A stretch of DNA of 20,000 bases, from IMG/VR virus record IMGVR_UViG_2690316030_000001. One strand, written 5' to 3'. The notes beneath the pieces were generated by a model. The model was given only the letters and a program-made list of their open reading frames with translations. It did not search any database and was not told the origin of the DNA. Positions 10,164 to 17,939 of this stretch are shown piece after piece. Position numbers and translations under genes: made by a program. Origin of the DNA: an uncultured virus (IMG/VR IMGVR_UViG_2690316030_000001) (lineage: Duplodnaviria > Heunggongvirae > Uroviricota > Caudoviricetes). Every line of letters starts with the position of its first letter. Positions within the stretch are counted from its first letter, which is position 1.

Positions 10164-10562
10164 ATGGTAAACGCTTTGTACGATCACGCCCGAGAAGCAT
10201 TCCTTAAGGGCGACCTCGACTGGGAAGTGCACAACTTCAAAGTCTGCGGAGTGGACGCCACATACACTCCCAATATCGCCACCCATCAGTATCTTTCGCA
10301 TATCACGGGGGTTGTGTGCACATCCTCCAACCTGTCCAGTAAGTCATGGACAGCTGGCGTCGCCGATGCTGCTGATGTCGTGTTCCCGACTGTCACTGGT
10401 GCAACGATTGTGCGCTGGATCATCTACCAAGACACCGGCACCGCGGGGACATCGCAGCTTGTCGCGTTGTATGACACAGCATCCGGGTTGCCGGTGATTC
10501 CTGATGGCACGAACATTTCAGTGACCTGGGACAACGGGGCCAGTCGGATCTTCCGCATCTAA
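10164..10562 (+). CDS. Small tail/baseplate protein (putative fibre adaptor), 132 aa
   Basis: The start is better placed at ATG 10164 (GGGAG RBS just after the upstream stop) than at 10110. It is beta-rich and visibly similar to 11801..12238. Confidence 0.72.
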   Translation: MVNALYDHAREAFLKGDLDWEVHNFKVCGVDATYTPNIATHQYLSHITGVVCTSSNLSSKSWTAGVADAADVVFPTVTGATIVRWIIYQDTGTAGTSQLVALYDTASGLPVIPDGTNISVTWDNGASRIFRI

Positions 10563-10564
10563 CC

Positions 10565-11785
10565 ATGGCTGGTGTAACCGGCTGGTGGGCCGAAACATTC
10601 ATCGAGACTACGGGCGCAACACTCACACTGACTGGCGGGCGCCCACAGATCACTGCAACGCAAGACAACCACATCTCCCCAACTCCGGCAGTCATAACCG
10701 TGACCGGCGGGCGGCCAAGTGTGGACGGGCCACCCATTCAACCCACTCCAGCCCATCTCACAATTACCGGCGGAGAGCCGATAATCCGGGTAGGCAACGT
10801 CGTCGCTCCAACAGCCGCCGGTTTGACTATTACCGGCGGAACGCCATCGATTGTTCAGTCCCAGAACAACATAGTTTCCCCGGCTGGCGCGTCGGTGACC
10901 ATTACCGGTGGGCGGCCCGTGGTGACTGCGGGACCCATCGTGACACCTACCGCTGCGGCGGTGACCGTTACCGGGGGCACTCCGTCGCTCGCTGCACAGA
11001 TAGCCCCGACGCCCGCCACTGTGACTATTACAGGCGGACGCCCATCGATAGATGTTCGGTACCCTCCACCTGCCGCGTCTCTGACCATCACGGGTGGACG
11101 CCCGGTTATCGATACGCGGGTAGCGCCCGCAGGGGCCTCCGTGACCATTACGGGCGGAACGCCTGTGGTCACAACCATCCACACCGTGTCCTTTGTTGGC
11201 GCCAACGGAAATGCGAGCAGTTCGGTCACAATCCCCACGCATCAAGTTGGCGATCTGATCGTTCTGTTCGCGTACAACCCGTTCTCAACGTCTGCGCCCA
11301 CCAAGCCGTCGGCAGGTGGCACGGTACCGAACTACACCTACATCGACAATGCCAACAGTGGCAGCGGCTCGGGCTGCGCCACGGCGTATTTCAAAGCTAC
11401 TGCAACCAATACAACGTCTGGTTCATGGGGTAGTGCCTCCCACATGATCGCGGTGGTAATACGGGATCAGAACGCATCCTCGCCGATCGGCGGTCATGCC
11501 CAAGCCGCTGGAACCGGCGCCTCATCCACTGCGCCGTCGGTGACATTGACCCACACAGACGGATCCTCGGTGCTGCTGCATTTCCATGGGCACGCCAGCT
11601 TGGGTGCTAGCGGATGGGATGCCGCGCCAGCGGGATACACGCGCCAAGCGTCATCTGGTTCGGCGTTCGGTTCGGCCTCTGCCTTCAACACCAAGAACGT
11701 GACCACCACCGATGGATCTGTGGCTCAGACGGGTGGACAGTCCGGCCAGAACTACGCGGCAGCAACCGTCGAAATCATCAACTAA
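10565..11785 (+). CDS. Tail fibre/minor tail protein with nine tandem TxTGGxP repeats and a C-terminal beta-rich domain
   Basis: 406 aa. N-terminal GWWAE, repeats across aa ~13-202, and a Ser/Thr/Gly-rich C-terminal domain; located in the tail module. Confidence 0.8.
   Translation: MAGVTGWWAETFIETTGATLTLTGGRPQITATQDNHISPTPAVITVTGGRPSVDGPPIQPTPAHLTITGGEPIIRVGNVVAPTAAGLTITGGTPSIVQSQNNIVSPAGASVTITGGRPVVTAGPIVTPTAAAVTVTGGTPSLAAQIAPTPATVTITGGRPSIDVRYPPPAASLTITGGRPVIDTRVAPAGASVTITGGTPVVTTIHTVSFVGANGNASSSVTIPTHQVGDLIVLFAYNPFSTSAPTKPSAGGTVPNYTYIDNANSGSGSGCATAYFKATATNTTSGSWGSASHMIAVVIRDQNASSPIGGHAQAAGTGASSTAPSVTLTHTDGSSVLLHFHGHASLGASGWDAAPAGYTRQASSGSAFGSASAFNTKNVTTTDGSVAQTGGQSGQNYAAATVEIIN
10601..11170 (+). 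repeat. Nine degenerate coding repeats of 20-24 aa (consensus PxxAx[LVI]T[IV]TGG[RT]Px[IV])
   Basis: Nine TGGxP motifs were counted, spaced 24, 21, 22, 24, 22, 20, 20 and 20 aa apart. Confidence 0.92.
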
Positions 11786-11800
11786 CGAAAGGACACCCCA

Positions 11801-12238
11801 ATGACTGCAGGAACATGGACGTATCCGACTGCGGCGCGGAAGAACGTCATAGACGGCACGTTCGATGTGGACTCCGATACCTGGCGAGTTGCCCTGGTAA
11901 CCGCTTCATCCAATATCGGTGCATCAACCACCACATGGGCCGGTGTTACCAATGAGGTGGCGAACGGAAATGGTTACACCACAGGTGGTGTCGCTGTGTC
12001 GCTCACCATCGGTGGAACGACCAGCCCATCCGTAACCTTCGCCACCAACCCATCGTGGACTGCATCCGGCGGCAGTATCACCGCCCGGTACGCGGTGCTT
12101 TATGAGCTTGGCGGCAACGTGATGTGCTACGTGCTCTTAGATAACACCCCTGCCGATGTGGTGACTACCAACGGCAACTCACTCACGATTGATGGCGACG
12201 GAACTCCTTCGCCGATCTACACGGTGACATTCGCTTAG
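11801..12238 (+). CDS. Small tail protein (putative fibre adaptor), paralog-like to 10164..10562
   Basis: 145 aa with GAAAGGA RBS. It shares the pattern AR...G..D....V...(Y)...NG/DG...I[FY] with the 132-aa protein. It is the last gene before the terminator. Confidence 0.72.
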   Translation: MTAGTWTYPTAARKNVIDGTFDVDSDTWRVALVTASSNIGASTTTWAGVTNEVANGNGYTTGGVAVSLTIGGTTSPSVTFATNPSWTASGGSITARYAVLYELGGNVMCYVLLDNTPADVVTTNGNSLTIDGDGTPSPIYTVTFA

Positions 12239-12253
12239 CACGCATCTCCTAGT

Positions 12254-12280
12254 GGGCCTCGCTAGTGCGGGGTCTTTTTT
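12254..12280 (+). terminator. Intrinsic terminator at the end of the tail operon
   Basis: GGGCCTCGC-TAGT-GCGGGGTCT stem-loop (with G-U pairs) running into a T6 tract. Confidence 0.7.
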
Positions 12281-12299
12281 AATGCCCGAAAGAGGTCGC

Positions 12300-12440
12300 A
12301 TGTTCTCTCAACTGCTGCGTTACCCCGCCTTCTACGCCGTTATCGGGTTGGCGGGGTTCGGGTTCGGAGTGTGGTTCCGGCGCTCCCGCTGGGTGACAGC
12401 GGGTAGACCGGGCCTTGATCCCCGGATTGGAGGCATCTAG
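12300..12440 (+). CDS. Small membrane protein, 46 aa, upstream of the lysis genes
   Basis: GAAAGAGG RBS before ATG 12300. One hydrophobic segment (AFYAVIGLAGFGFGVWF) is followed by basic RRSR. Confidence 0.65.
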   Translation: MFSQLLRYPAFYAVIGLAGFGFGVWFRRSRWVTAGRPGLDPRIGGI

Positions 12441-12499
12441 TGAATTGGTTGCGCCGCAATATCAATGAGTGGCTGGCCGCTATCTGGTGGTCGTACTAA
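12440..12499 (+). CDS. Putative 19-aa Trp-rich peptide (MNWLRRNINEWLAAIWWSY)
   Basis: GGAGG at 12429-12433. Its GTG overlaps the previous TAG and its TAA overlaps the lysin A ATG (TAATG). Not in the ORF track. Confidence 0.55.
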   Translation: MNWLRRNINEWLAAIWWSY

Positions 12500-13896
12500 T
12501 GGCCGTCCTACGTACGAATGTTGAGTTCGCGAAGCGGATCTTCCAGGACCGTGTCGGCAACGACTACGTCTACGGCGGGAACTGGAACCCGTTCAACCTC
12601 AAGGTCGGGACGGACTGCTCCGGTCTGGTCATTGACATCTGTGATGCGGTGCGCAACGGGACCGCGATGGCCTGGACGCGGCATGGGATGTCCACCGAGA
12701 GCTGGCGTCCGATCGAGGTAGGTCAGACCGGAACGATCTTCAACACCATCTGCGTGGCGTCGCCGAATGACTTCCCAGCTGATGCTGCGGTGAAGATTGC
12801 CATCCATCACGGTCCCGGCGGTGGGGCGAACAGCCACATGTGGTGTGAGGTTGAAGGAATCCGTATGGAGTCCAACGGCTCCGATGGGTGTGTTACCGGC
12901 AATCAGGCGCGCTCTGTGTACGACACGAGCTATGCGAACGACTGGCACTATCTGCCAGGACCGATCACGGGCCAGGCGGGTGTCGATCCCGCAGGAGTGC
13001 TGGCACGCGCCACCGGGCTAAGTGTCCCAAGAGCCGCCGAGATTCTGCCCGCGGTGTCCGATGGGCTCAAGGCTAGCCAGTGCACGAACGTCAATCGGAT
13101 AGCGATGTGGCTGGCGCAGGTAGGGCACGAGTCAGCCGGCTTCAATGCCACCGAAGAGTACGCCTCTGGTGCCGCCTATGAAGGGCGTGCAGATCTGGGC
13201 AACACCCAGCCGGGGGATGGGGTGCGGTTTAAGGGCCGCAGCTGGATTCAGATCACCGGACGCAACAACTACGGGCTGTTCTCCCAGTGGGCGTACCGGC
13301 AGCGGTTGGTTCCAACACCGACCTACTTTGTCGACCACTCCACCGAGCTCGCCGACTTGAAGTGGGCCGGTATCGGTGCGGCCTGGTACTGGACGGTGGC
13401 CCGCTCGGACATCAACGCCCTGTCTGATCGGCAGGACTTGGAGACGGTCACGCGCCGAATCAATGGCGGCACCAACGGATTGGCCGATCGCCGCGACCGA
13501 TACAACCGCGCCCTACTGCAGGGTGACGCGCTGCTGCAACTTCTCAATCAGGAGGAAGACGACATGTTTACCGACGACGACCGCAACCTTCTGCGGCAGG
13601 TGGCCGGGGTGCGGCGCCCGTCGCTCTCGCCGCTACGTCACCTCGATGAAGGCGACGTGAACACGTGCGCCGGGTTCGCGTGGACAGCGGACGGCCTAAC
13701 CCACCCGCAGTTCGTGGCAATGGCCGCCAAGTACGGGCACATGGACAGCATCCGCCTCTTGGGTGAGGTGGCTGGAGCCGACCCCGTGAAGTACCCCGAC
13801 CGGCAGGAGGACGCAGCCCTAGCCAAGGCGATCCTCGCCGATGTCTACGCCGCCAACCCCGCCGCCCTCCAGCGGTTCGCTCAGAACGGAGCCTAG
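12499..13896 (+). CDS. lysA: Lysin A (endolysin): NlpC/P60-like peptidase + GH19-type glycoside hydrolase + C-terminal putative wall-binding domain
   Basis: YVYGG...DCSGLV...HMW in the N-terminal domain. LAQVGHES, GRSWIQITGRNNY and VTRRINGG are GH19 lysin motifs. The start was moved to the coupled ATG 12499. Confidence 0.93.
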   Translation: MAVLRTNVEFAKRIFQDRVGNDYVYGGNWNPFNLKVGTDCSGLVIDICDAVRNGTAMAWTRHGMSTESWRPIEVGQTGTIFNTICVASPNDFPADAAVKIAIHHGPGGGANSHMWCEVEGIRMESNGSDGCVTGNQARSVYDTSYANDWHYLPGPITGQAGVDPAGVLARATGLSVPRAAEILPAVSDGLKASQCTNVNRIAMWLAQVGHESAGFNATEEYASGAAYEGRADLGNTQPGDGVRFKGRSWIQITGRNNYGLFSQWAYRQRLVPTPTYFVDHSTELADLKWAGIGAAWYWTVARSDINALSDRQDLETVTRRINGGTNGLADRRDRYNRALLQGDALLQLLNQEEDDMFTDDDRNLLRQVAGVRRPSLSPLRHLDEGDVNTCAGFAWTADGLTHPQFVAMAAKYGHMDSIRLLGEVAGADPVKYPDRQEDAALAKAILADVYAANPAALQRFAQNGA

Positions 13897-13898
13897 AA

Positions 13899-14333
13899 AT
13901 GAAGTACACCCCGAACACCATCTTCCGTGCCGTAACCGCATTCGTGGTCGCATTCGGTGGCGCTGCCGCGACAGCCGCACAGGGCGGCGATTTGGCCGCC
14001 ATGGATATCGGTGGATGGTTGACCGCCATCGGCTCGGGACTCACCGCCGCGGGCGCGCTGTTTGTGCGCCCCTCAAAGGGCGGCGACCCCGTAGAGGCTG
14101 TCACCACAAGCCTGTCCGACGCGCTCGTTAAAGCCGATGAGGCCCGCAACCACATCGGATCCGTAATCGACGAAGCGCAGGGCAAGGTCAGCGATTTCGT
14201 CAGGACCACCACCGCGGCCATTGGGCAGGTTCAGCAGACAATCGGCGGTGTAGGCGCGGCCGGTGTAGGCGAGACCTTGCCTGACGACGCTGAAGCCATC
14301 ATCAACGGGGTTATCCGGCGAGCCCAGAAGTGA
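13899..14333 (+). CDS. Holin
   Basis: 144 aa with two N-terminal hydrophobic helices and a helical C-terminal region, located between lysA and lysB. Confidence 0.78.
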   Translation: MKYTPNTIFRAVTAFVVAFGGAAATAAQGGDLAAMDIGGWLTAIGSGLTAAGALFVRPSKGGDPVEAVTTSLSDALVKADEARNHIGSVIDEAQGKVSDFVRTTTAAIGQVQQTIGGVGAAGVGETLPDDAEAIINGVIRRAQK

Positions 14334-15298
14334 TCCTCACCCTCGGTTCCCATGGGGAGGTAGTAGCGAGGTGGCAGCGGGTCATGGTGGCCCGCTACGC
14401 CTCCTACGCCAAAGCCGCTGGCGGGGGACCGCTGAAGGTTGATTCGTACTTCGGGTACGACGACCAAGCCGTCCAGAAGGAATACCAGCGCAGAACCAAC
14501 CAACCCCAGACTGGAATCGTTTCAGCAGCCGATCTGGTGAAGCTGGGTTTGACGCCGCTGTTCTTCACGGTCGAGGGCCATCTGTCCGACATGTTTGTCG
14601 GGCCTTGCGCTTTCGTGGCTTCCACTTTGGAGCGTGAAGGGCGGGCGGTGTGGCGGCCCACCGGCTACGACAACGTACGGCTGCCGTTCAACAACCAGTC
14701 CGGTGTGGACGAACTGGTGAACCGGTTGGACACGAAGCTGTTCGATGATGGCACACCATTCCCGGAGGGAACCCCGTGGAATCTGGCGATCTTCAGTCAG
14801 GGTGCAATGGTCGGCTGCGAGGTCATGGAAAAGCACGTCCTACCGACTAATGGCAGGTTGCATTACCGGCTGAAGGATTTCCGCAAGGGCATAGCTTTGG
14901 GGAACCCCTACCGGCTGATCAACCAGTGTGCGCCTTGGGTTCCCGACCCGCCCCAGCCGAACACACAGGGAATCATGGACTGGCACTTTGATTTCCTGAA
15001 ATACCCCGAGCTGGCGGGGAAGTGGCAGGAACATGCCCGCACCCGCGATTGGTACGCCGAGAACCGGTTGGATGAGGCCGGTCAAAACATGACCGCGATA
15101 GCCCGCATAATCACCCAATCCTCCTGGACCGGTGGGGCTTCCTCGATAGTGGCCCGAATCATGGACCTCTTCATCAACCCATTCGACGGGTTGATCGACA
15201 TCGTATGGGCCATCGTCAGAACATTCCAAGGCATCGCGCATTTAGAGGCCCACGGCACCTACGACCTGAATCCAGTCCTCGACTGGTTCCGCTCTTAA
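14330..15298 (+). CDS. lysB: Lysin B (cutinase-like mycolylarabinogalactan esterase) with N-terminal peptidoglycan-binding-like domain
   Basis: N-terminal LTLGSHG..V..WQ / VDSYFG / TGIV wall-binding pattern. FSQG nucleophile elbow, GNP motif, DWY and a C-terminal His (HGTY). Confidence 0.9.
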   Translation: MILTLGSHGEVVARWQRVMVARYASYAKAAGGGPLKVDSYFGYDDQAVQKEYQRRTNQPQTGIVSAADLVKLGLTPLFFTVEGHLSDMFVGPCAFVASTLEREGRAVWRPTGYDNVRLPFNNQSGVDELVNRLDTKLFDDGTPFPEGTPWNLAIFSQGAMVGCEVMEKHVLPTNGRLHYRLKDFRKGIALGNPYRLINQCAPWVPDPPQPNTQGIMDWHFDFLKYPELAGKWQEHARTRDWYAENRLDEAGQNMTAIARIITQSSWTGGASSIVARIMDLFINPFDGLIDIVWAIVRTFQGIAHLEAHGTYDLNPVLDWFRS

Positions 15299-15346
15299 CA
15301 ACTGAATAGAGCCCTCGAAGCGCCCCATGAAAGGCGGTTCAAACAA

Positions 15347-15565
15347 ATGTCCATCCGAGATCTACTCACTGAGCGATCCAAGCCGAAGCCGAAGGTATGT
15401 ACCACATGCCAATGGTTCGCGACTCAGCCAGAAGATGAGCAGGCTGCAGCCAAAGAGTGGGCGGCGGCAGGCTTCTCCAGCGCGGAGTTGTGGCGCGGCA
15501 TAAGGGAGTTGGGATACCCATTGGCGGAGGCGGCATTACGCCGCCATTTCAAGGAATGTCGTTGA
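15347..15565 (+). CDS. Small Zn-binding/HTH-like protein, 72 aa
   Basis: GAAAGG RBS. CTTC ... HFKEC metal-ligand pattern flanks a helical core. The stop overlaps the next gene. Confidence 0.68.
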   Translation: MSIRDLLTERSKPKPKVCTTCQWFATQPEDEQAAAKEWAAAGFSSAELWRGIRELGYPLAEAALRRHFKECR

Positions 15566-16758
15566 GTATCCGCGATAGCCTGAACAAGCGACGTCCCGTG
15601 GCCGAGGAGTCGGCGCCGGAACAGGCGAAAATGCGCGCGGAGTGGGACGGCACCGCGGGATTCATTCAGACGGGTAAGGTCTCAGATGACTTCGACGAGC
15701 AGGACTTCGAAGGCATCCTCAACGAGTTCGCCGACGAACTGCACTACGACCCAGCCAAGGTGGAGATAGCAGGTAACCCTCAGGTTGTCGTGTGGGAGAC
15801 GGGCTTCCGCAACAAGGACGGGGAGTGGGAGAAGCACAAGCACCACTCCTGGCGCTATCACCTCGCCGTCCGGCGCTGGGCTGTTGATCTTCCCGCTTTG
15901 TATGCGGAGGTCCGCAGAACCAAGTCTGTGCAGCCGAAGAAACCTACGGGTGAATCAACGGTTGTGGTGTGCTGGGCCGATATTCAGACCGGGAAGGTCG
16001 ACCATCTCGGCGGGGTCAAAGAGCTACTGCTGCGCCTTCAGGAAAAGCGGGAAAACCTGAATGCCTACCTGAAACGTTCAAGGTTCGATCGCATCATCAT
16101 CGCGGACGTGGGTGACATCGTGGAGGGCTTCGACAATGTCACGGCCCAAACCCGCACCAACGGCCTATCTCTCATGGATCAGGTCGAGGTTGCCGCCACG
16201 GAGTTCTGGAAGACCATCACCCTGTGCGCCAAGCATGCCCCCGTGGATGTTCTGTCCATCCCTTCAAATCACGGGCAGTGGCGGCGTGGAAAGGATCTAG
16301 TCGGGAAACCCACTGATGACTGGGGATTGGCCATCTCAAAACGTCTCGAATGGCACAACAACCCCGACAATCAAGGGCCGAACCTGCCGGTGGAGTTCCA
16401 CCGGCCGCCTGAGTGGTGCGAGACGCTGCAGTTCGATGTACGCGGCACAAGGTTAGGGCTGGCGCACGGTCACCAAGCCTCCGGTGCCGACAGGGTTAAG
16501 ACGTGGTGGGAGAAGATGACCCACGGTGGCGTCATGGACTGCCACGTTCTGCTCACTGGCCATTTTCATTACGCCAGCCTTCGCCCCCATGGGCGGGATC
16601 AAGTCACAGGTAAGGCGCGCTGGCACATCCAAGCCTCAACCCTGGACAACGGTTCAGCGTGGGTGATGAACAAGATGGGCGAAGACGGCGACCCGGCACT
16701 GACGGTGTTCCAGATCAATAACGACGGCTTCGACGTACAGAGCTTTGCACTCCTTTGA
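15562..16758 (+). CDS. Calcineurin-like metallophosphoesterase (Mre11/SbcD-like nuclease)
   Basis: Motifs DIQ, GDIVEG, SNHG, HGH and GHFH occur in order. The likely start is TTG 15562 (AAGGA 6 nt upstream, TTGA overlap); ATG 15556 is the alternative. Confidence 0.85.
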   Translation: MSIRDSLNKRRPVAEESAPEQAKMRAEWDGTAGFIQTGKVSDDFDEQDFEGILNEFADELHYDPAKVEIAGNPQVVVWETGFRNKDGEWEKHKHHSWRYHLAVRRWAVDLPALYAEVRRTKSVQPKKPTGESTVVVCWADIQTGKVDHLGGVKELLLRLQEKRENLNAYLKRSRFDRIIIADVGDIVEGFDNVTAQTRTNGLSLMDQVEVAATEFWKTITLCAKHAPVDVLSIPSNHGQWRRGKDLVGKPTDDWGLAISKRLEWHNNPDNQGPNLPVEFHRPPEWCETLQFDVRGTRLGLAHGHQASGADRVKTWWEKMTHGGVMDCHVLLTGHFHYASLRPHGRDQVTGKARWHIQASTLDNGSAWVMNKMGEDGDPALTVFQINNDGFDVQSFALL

Positions 16759-16783
16759 TACCCGCTGATACTTGGGAGCCGCG

Positions 16784-17008
16784 ATGAGTGAACACCCTGA
16801 CGAACTCATACAGAAGTACGTCGAAGCGATGGATCAGGAACCCGGCTGGCGGGTATCAGATTTCGTGCTCATGGTCGGATTTGAGAGAGTCCAAGCGGAC
16901 GGCACCATAGAGCACACCTACGGCGTGTATGAAGGGGAGAACCAATCGCCCTGGGCTACACACGGTTTAGTCGCAAACGGTATAGAACACCTAGAACGAA
17001 CTGAGTAG
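16784..17008 (+). CDS. Hypothetical phage protein, 74 aa
   Basis: GGGAG RBS before ATG 16784. Its last 18 nt overlap the convergent ORF 16991..17218. Confidence 0.7.
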   Translation: MSEHPDELIQKYVEAMDQEPGWRVSDFVLMVGFERVQADGTIEHTYGVYEGENQSPWATHGLVANGIEHLERTE

Positions 17009-17218
17009 CGGCACTGGTACGTAGCCATCGGGCGAATCGTCGTAGCGCTCAACAAAGACCTGAAAGCGTGGGCCGATCATGGCTTGGATGATCGGGGCAT
17101 CAGCCTCAGCTTCACCCCGCGTCCGGTATGCCCCGAAGTACGGTATGGACTCGGGAGAGCGGGCTTGATTGTGTGCAACAAACCACTTCTCGCCCGCAGT
17201 GAAGAGATCCAGAATCAC
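16991..17218 (-). CDS. Hypothetical protein, 75 aa (cargo of cassette A)
   Basis: The GTG start lies 6 nt downstream of TAAAAT in the conserved 40-bp element. There is no RBS, so it is probably leaderless. Confidence 0.62.
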   Translation of the reverse strand: MILDLFTAGEKWFVAHNQARSPESIPYFGAYRTRGEAEADAPIIQAMIGPRFQVFVERYDDSPDGYVPVPLLSSF

Positions 17219-17220
17219 AT

Positions 17221-17260
17221 CTCAATTTTACGGCGCTACAGCAGTATCCACGGGGTCTAG
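17221..17260 (-). promoter_or_regulatory. Conserved 40-bp element, copy A, with -10 hexamer TAAAAT
   Basis: Minus strand CTAGACCCCGTGGATACTGCTGTAGCGCCGTAAAATTGAG. Ungapped hand count: 30/40 identical to copy B and 24/40 to copy C. Confidence 0.75.
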
Positions 17261-17263
17261 CGG

Positions 17264-17449
17264 CTATGTCCGAGGTTCATCCGACTTTCGGGTGAACAAA
17301 AACTGGCGTCCACAACCCTCAATCGGACAAACGGCAACATCGCCCCATGCATGACGTGACGGCGGAACTTCTGTGACACGGGCAAGACTGGGCCCGCACC
17401 GATCGATTTGCCCGGCCAGATCGCATGCCGCACATTCGGGGTTGGTCAT
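17264..17449 (-). CDS. Small Cys-rich putative Zn-binding protein, 61 aa (cargo of cassette B)
   Basis: CAAC...C...H...CPIEGC. The ATG lies 7 nt downstream of GATAAT in element copy B. Confidence 0.62.
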   Translation of the reverse strand: MTNPECAACDLAGQIDRCGPSLARVTEVPPSRHAWGDVAVCPIEGCGRQFLFTRKSDEPRT

Positions 17450-17452
17450 ACC

Positions 17453-17492
17453 CTCAATTATCCGGCGTTTCAGCCGAAGTCGCGGTGTCTAG
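17453..17492 (-). promoter_or_regulatory. Conserved 40-bp element, copy B, with -10-like GATAAT
   Basis: Minus strand CTAGACACCGCGACTTCGGCTGAAACGCCGGATAATTGAG. Confidence 0.72.
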
Positions 17493-17630
17493 GCCCCGCG
17501 CGAGGAGAGCGCGCAGGGAACTAGCTCACCGTACCGCGCCCATCTATTTGATGTATCCGGCGTCGCGGACAAAATAGCCCGCCGCCTGTGTGTTTCTAAC
17601 TTATCCACAACCTAATCGGGGAGGGTTCCC

Positions 17631-17873
17631 ATGGCTTTACATCCATCTGATTGGGCGTGGATCACTATGGCTGCCGGGATCGTCGCCTACGAGATCACCT
17701 GCCCGCCCGGAGAACTACTCAGTGACGCCACTACCCGCTACGGGCAGTCTCACATGTTCCTCAGCTCAGCCGTGATCGGGGTAGTCGCCGTGCATCTGCT
17801 GCGCACCACCGGACTGCTGCGGTTCATCCCCGAACAGCTCGACCTAATCCATTTGTTGGCTTCACTGAAATGA
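17631..17873 (+). CDS. Small membrane protein, 80 aa
   Basis: GGGGAGG RBS. Two hydrophobic segments (WAWITMAAGIVAY; FLSSAVIGVVAVHLL). Confidence 0.72.
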   Translation: MALHPSDWAWITMAAGIVAYEITCPPGELLSDATTRYGQSHMFLSSAVIGVVAVHLLRTTGLLRFIPEQLDLIHLLASLK

Positions 17874-17885
17874 GAGGACACCGCT

Positions 17886-17939
17886 ATGTGCAGAGTTGAG
17901 ACCTGGAAGTGTGAGCCGTCGGTGGAGACTTCGCGGTGA
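17886..17939 (+). CDS. Putative 17-aa mini-ORF (MCRVETWKCEPSVETSR)
   Basis: GAGAGGA RBS ends 7 nt before the ATG. The TGA overlaps the next GTG (GTGA). Not in the ORF track. Confidence 0.4.
   Translation: MCRVETWKCEPSVETSR

Noticed and set aside
10601..11170. Possible CRISPR-like or DGR repeat array
   Set aside because: The repeats are conserved at the protein level with synonymous variation. There are no identical DNA repeats, cas genes or reverse transcriptase.
10559..11433. Long alternative-frame and antisense ORFs (10585..11433+, 10559..11245-, 10855..11238-)
   Set aside because: These are shadows of the repetitive GC-rich fibre gene. Two are Arg-rich translations, and none has a recognisable motif of its own.
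13568..14221. 217-aa antisense ORF
   Set aside because: It overlaps lysA and the holin on the opposite strand and has no motifs; typical of GC-rich DNA.
15457..15555. Upstream extension of the phosphoesterase ORF given in the ORF track
   Set aside because: It overlaps the 72-aa gene; the RBS and stop/start overlap support a start at 15562 (or 15556).
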